DNA of 58,021 nt, counting the filler, from Sluysia triapertura (Eukaryota): assembly GCA_046118255.1 (NCBI GenBank). It is 4 parts of 4 records of this genome, joined end to end, with 100 filler letters (N's around TTAATTAATTAA, not from the genome) between each part and the next. Parts side by side here need not be neighbours in the genome. Positions count along the whole stretch, not along the records: positions 40,082 to 58,021 come from JBJNIA010183612.1; 3 more parts are not named here. The stretch is one strand, 5' to 3'. Every line of letters starts with the position of its first letter. Position 1 is the first letter of the stretch. Positions 56,939 through 58,021 of the stretch are shown here, piece by piece. Under the pieces are notes generated by a model. The model saw only the letters and a program-made list of their open reading frames with translations, was not told the DNA's origin and ran no database searches. Position numbers and translations under genes: made by a program.

Positions 56939-57689
56939 ACCTAATTATACAAAAATTTTATTCACATAATATTTTATTTTTAAAAATAAAATGAATGAAT
57001 TTATAAAATTATAAATACAAAATATAAACTTATATTATTGAATGTACAATATATTCAAGTTAATCAAATATTTATTTAAACAATTTTGTTAAATGCAAAA
57101 ATAGGTAAGCTTTAAACATGTGTTAAATTAGATAGTACATTTTTGTATTTTAATATAATTATTTAAGAAAGTTAACAATTCTAGAAAATATTGTCGTGGG
57201 AAATGGATTTCAATTTAACAAAATATTATTTTAGTCATTTTAAGCTTAAAGTTAATTATAATAAAGATGTTAGACTATACAATTTAAGAACTTGATTTAA
57301 AACGAATTTTTAATTAACATTTCAAAAAATTGTCGTTAAACTGACATTACTTGATTTGAATTATAAAAAGTTAATCGTACGAATGATGACGGAGTTTTTG
57401 TTAAAACAAGAAACCCTACGAAAATAATTCAAATGTAACTTAATGAGTTCACTTGTGATGCAAGTCTCACAAAATGGCTTGTCCACAGAATTTTTACAAA
57501 GGATTTTGTATCATACGTTTATGAAAGTCAGTATTAACTTTTGTTTATTGTAAATGCACGAGTGTGTCTTTGGAGTTATCTTCAATGTAATAATGGTTAT
57601 CTCAATTATTAGTCTTTAAGTTTGTAACTCTTTGCATTGTTTACTTATAAAACAACATTTAATTTAATAATCTGTAAATAGTATAACAT

Positions 57690-57765
57690 TATGTAATTTT
57701 ATGTTGTAATAATTTTATGTTTGTAATAATTTTATGTTTGTAATTTTATGTAATATATGTAAATA
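57690..57765. repeat. Short tandem repeat taataattttatgtttg
   Basis: 3-4 imperfect copies. Confidence 0.7.
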
Positions 57766-57860
57766 TGTTAAAATATTGTTATGTAATAGTATAATATATG
57801 TAATTAAAATTAAATTAAAATTTTTAAATTTTCAAAATCTGATTATAAAATAGATATCAT

Positions 57861-57944
57861 TGTTGGGGTAAAAGGCCTAAAAAGTGCCAAGTAGTATAAT
57901 TGAATATAATGAAAATGAAATTGTTAGACAGGGCTGATAGCTCA
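57861..57944 (+). mobile_element. tRNA-containing TIR element, copy 4 (5' arm plus start of the tRNA core)
   Basis: TGTTGGGGTAAAAGGCCTAAAAAGTGCC...TGTTAGACAGGGCTGATAGCTCA is close to the corresponding arm of copy 2. Confidence 0.8.
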
Positions 57945-58021
57945 ATGTTCGAACTCTTCTTCGTTACCGGTTATTTGGAGGCACCTTGTCACTCTGCGAA
58001 AGTTTTTCCGGAGTGTACATC

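Overview
Very AT-rich eukaryotic (metazoan-like) draft scaffold with N gaps, short 34-39 nt GT-AG introns and a few multi-kb TE-filled introns. The style resembles a compact parasitic invertebrate such as an orthonectid, which is inference only. Recognisable genes: (1) a spliced, highly basic K/R/I/W-rich protein built from ~81-aa tandem repeats (1581-8171, +); (2) the 5' four exons of PICALM/AP180 (-); (3) a DUF3715 pseudo-PARP (TASOR/TEX15-like) gene (-); (4) an intronless mitochondrial Met-tRNA formyltransferase (-). Pseudogene fragments include CCT2 and a C-type lectin. The rest is mostly decayed Ty3/gypsy, piggyBac, hAT and Tc1/pogo-type elements. The most unusual element is a ~200-bp repeat (4 copies) with a tRNA-derived core enclosed by TG...CA-type terminal inverted repeats. 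Family assignments come from manual reading and remembered motifs; no searches were run.
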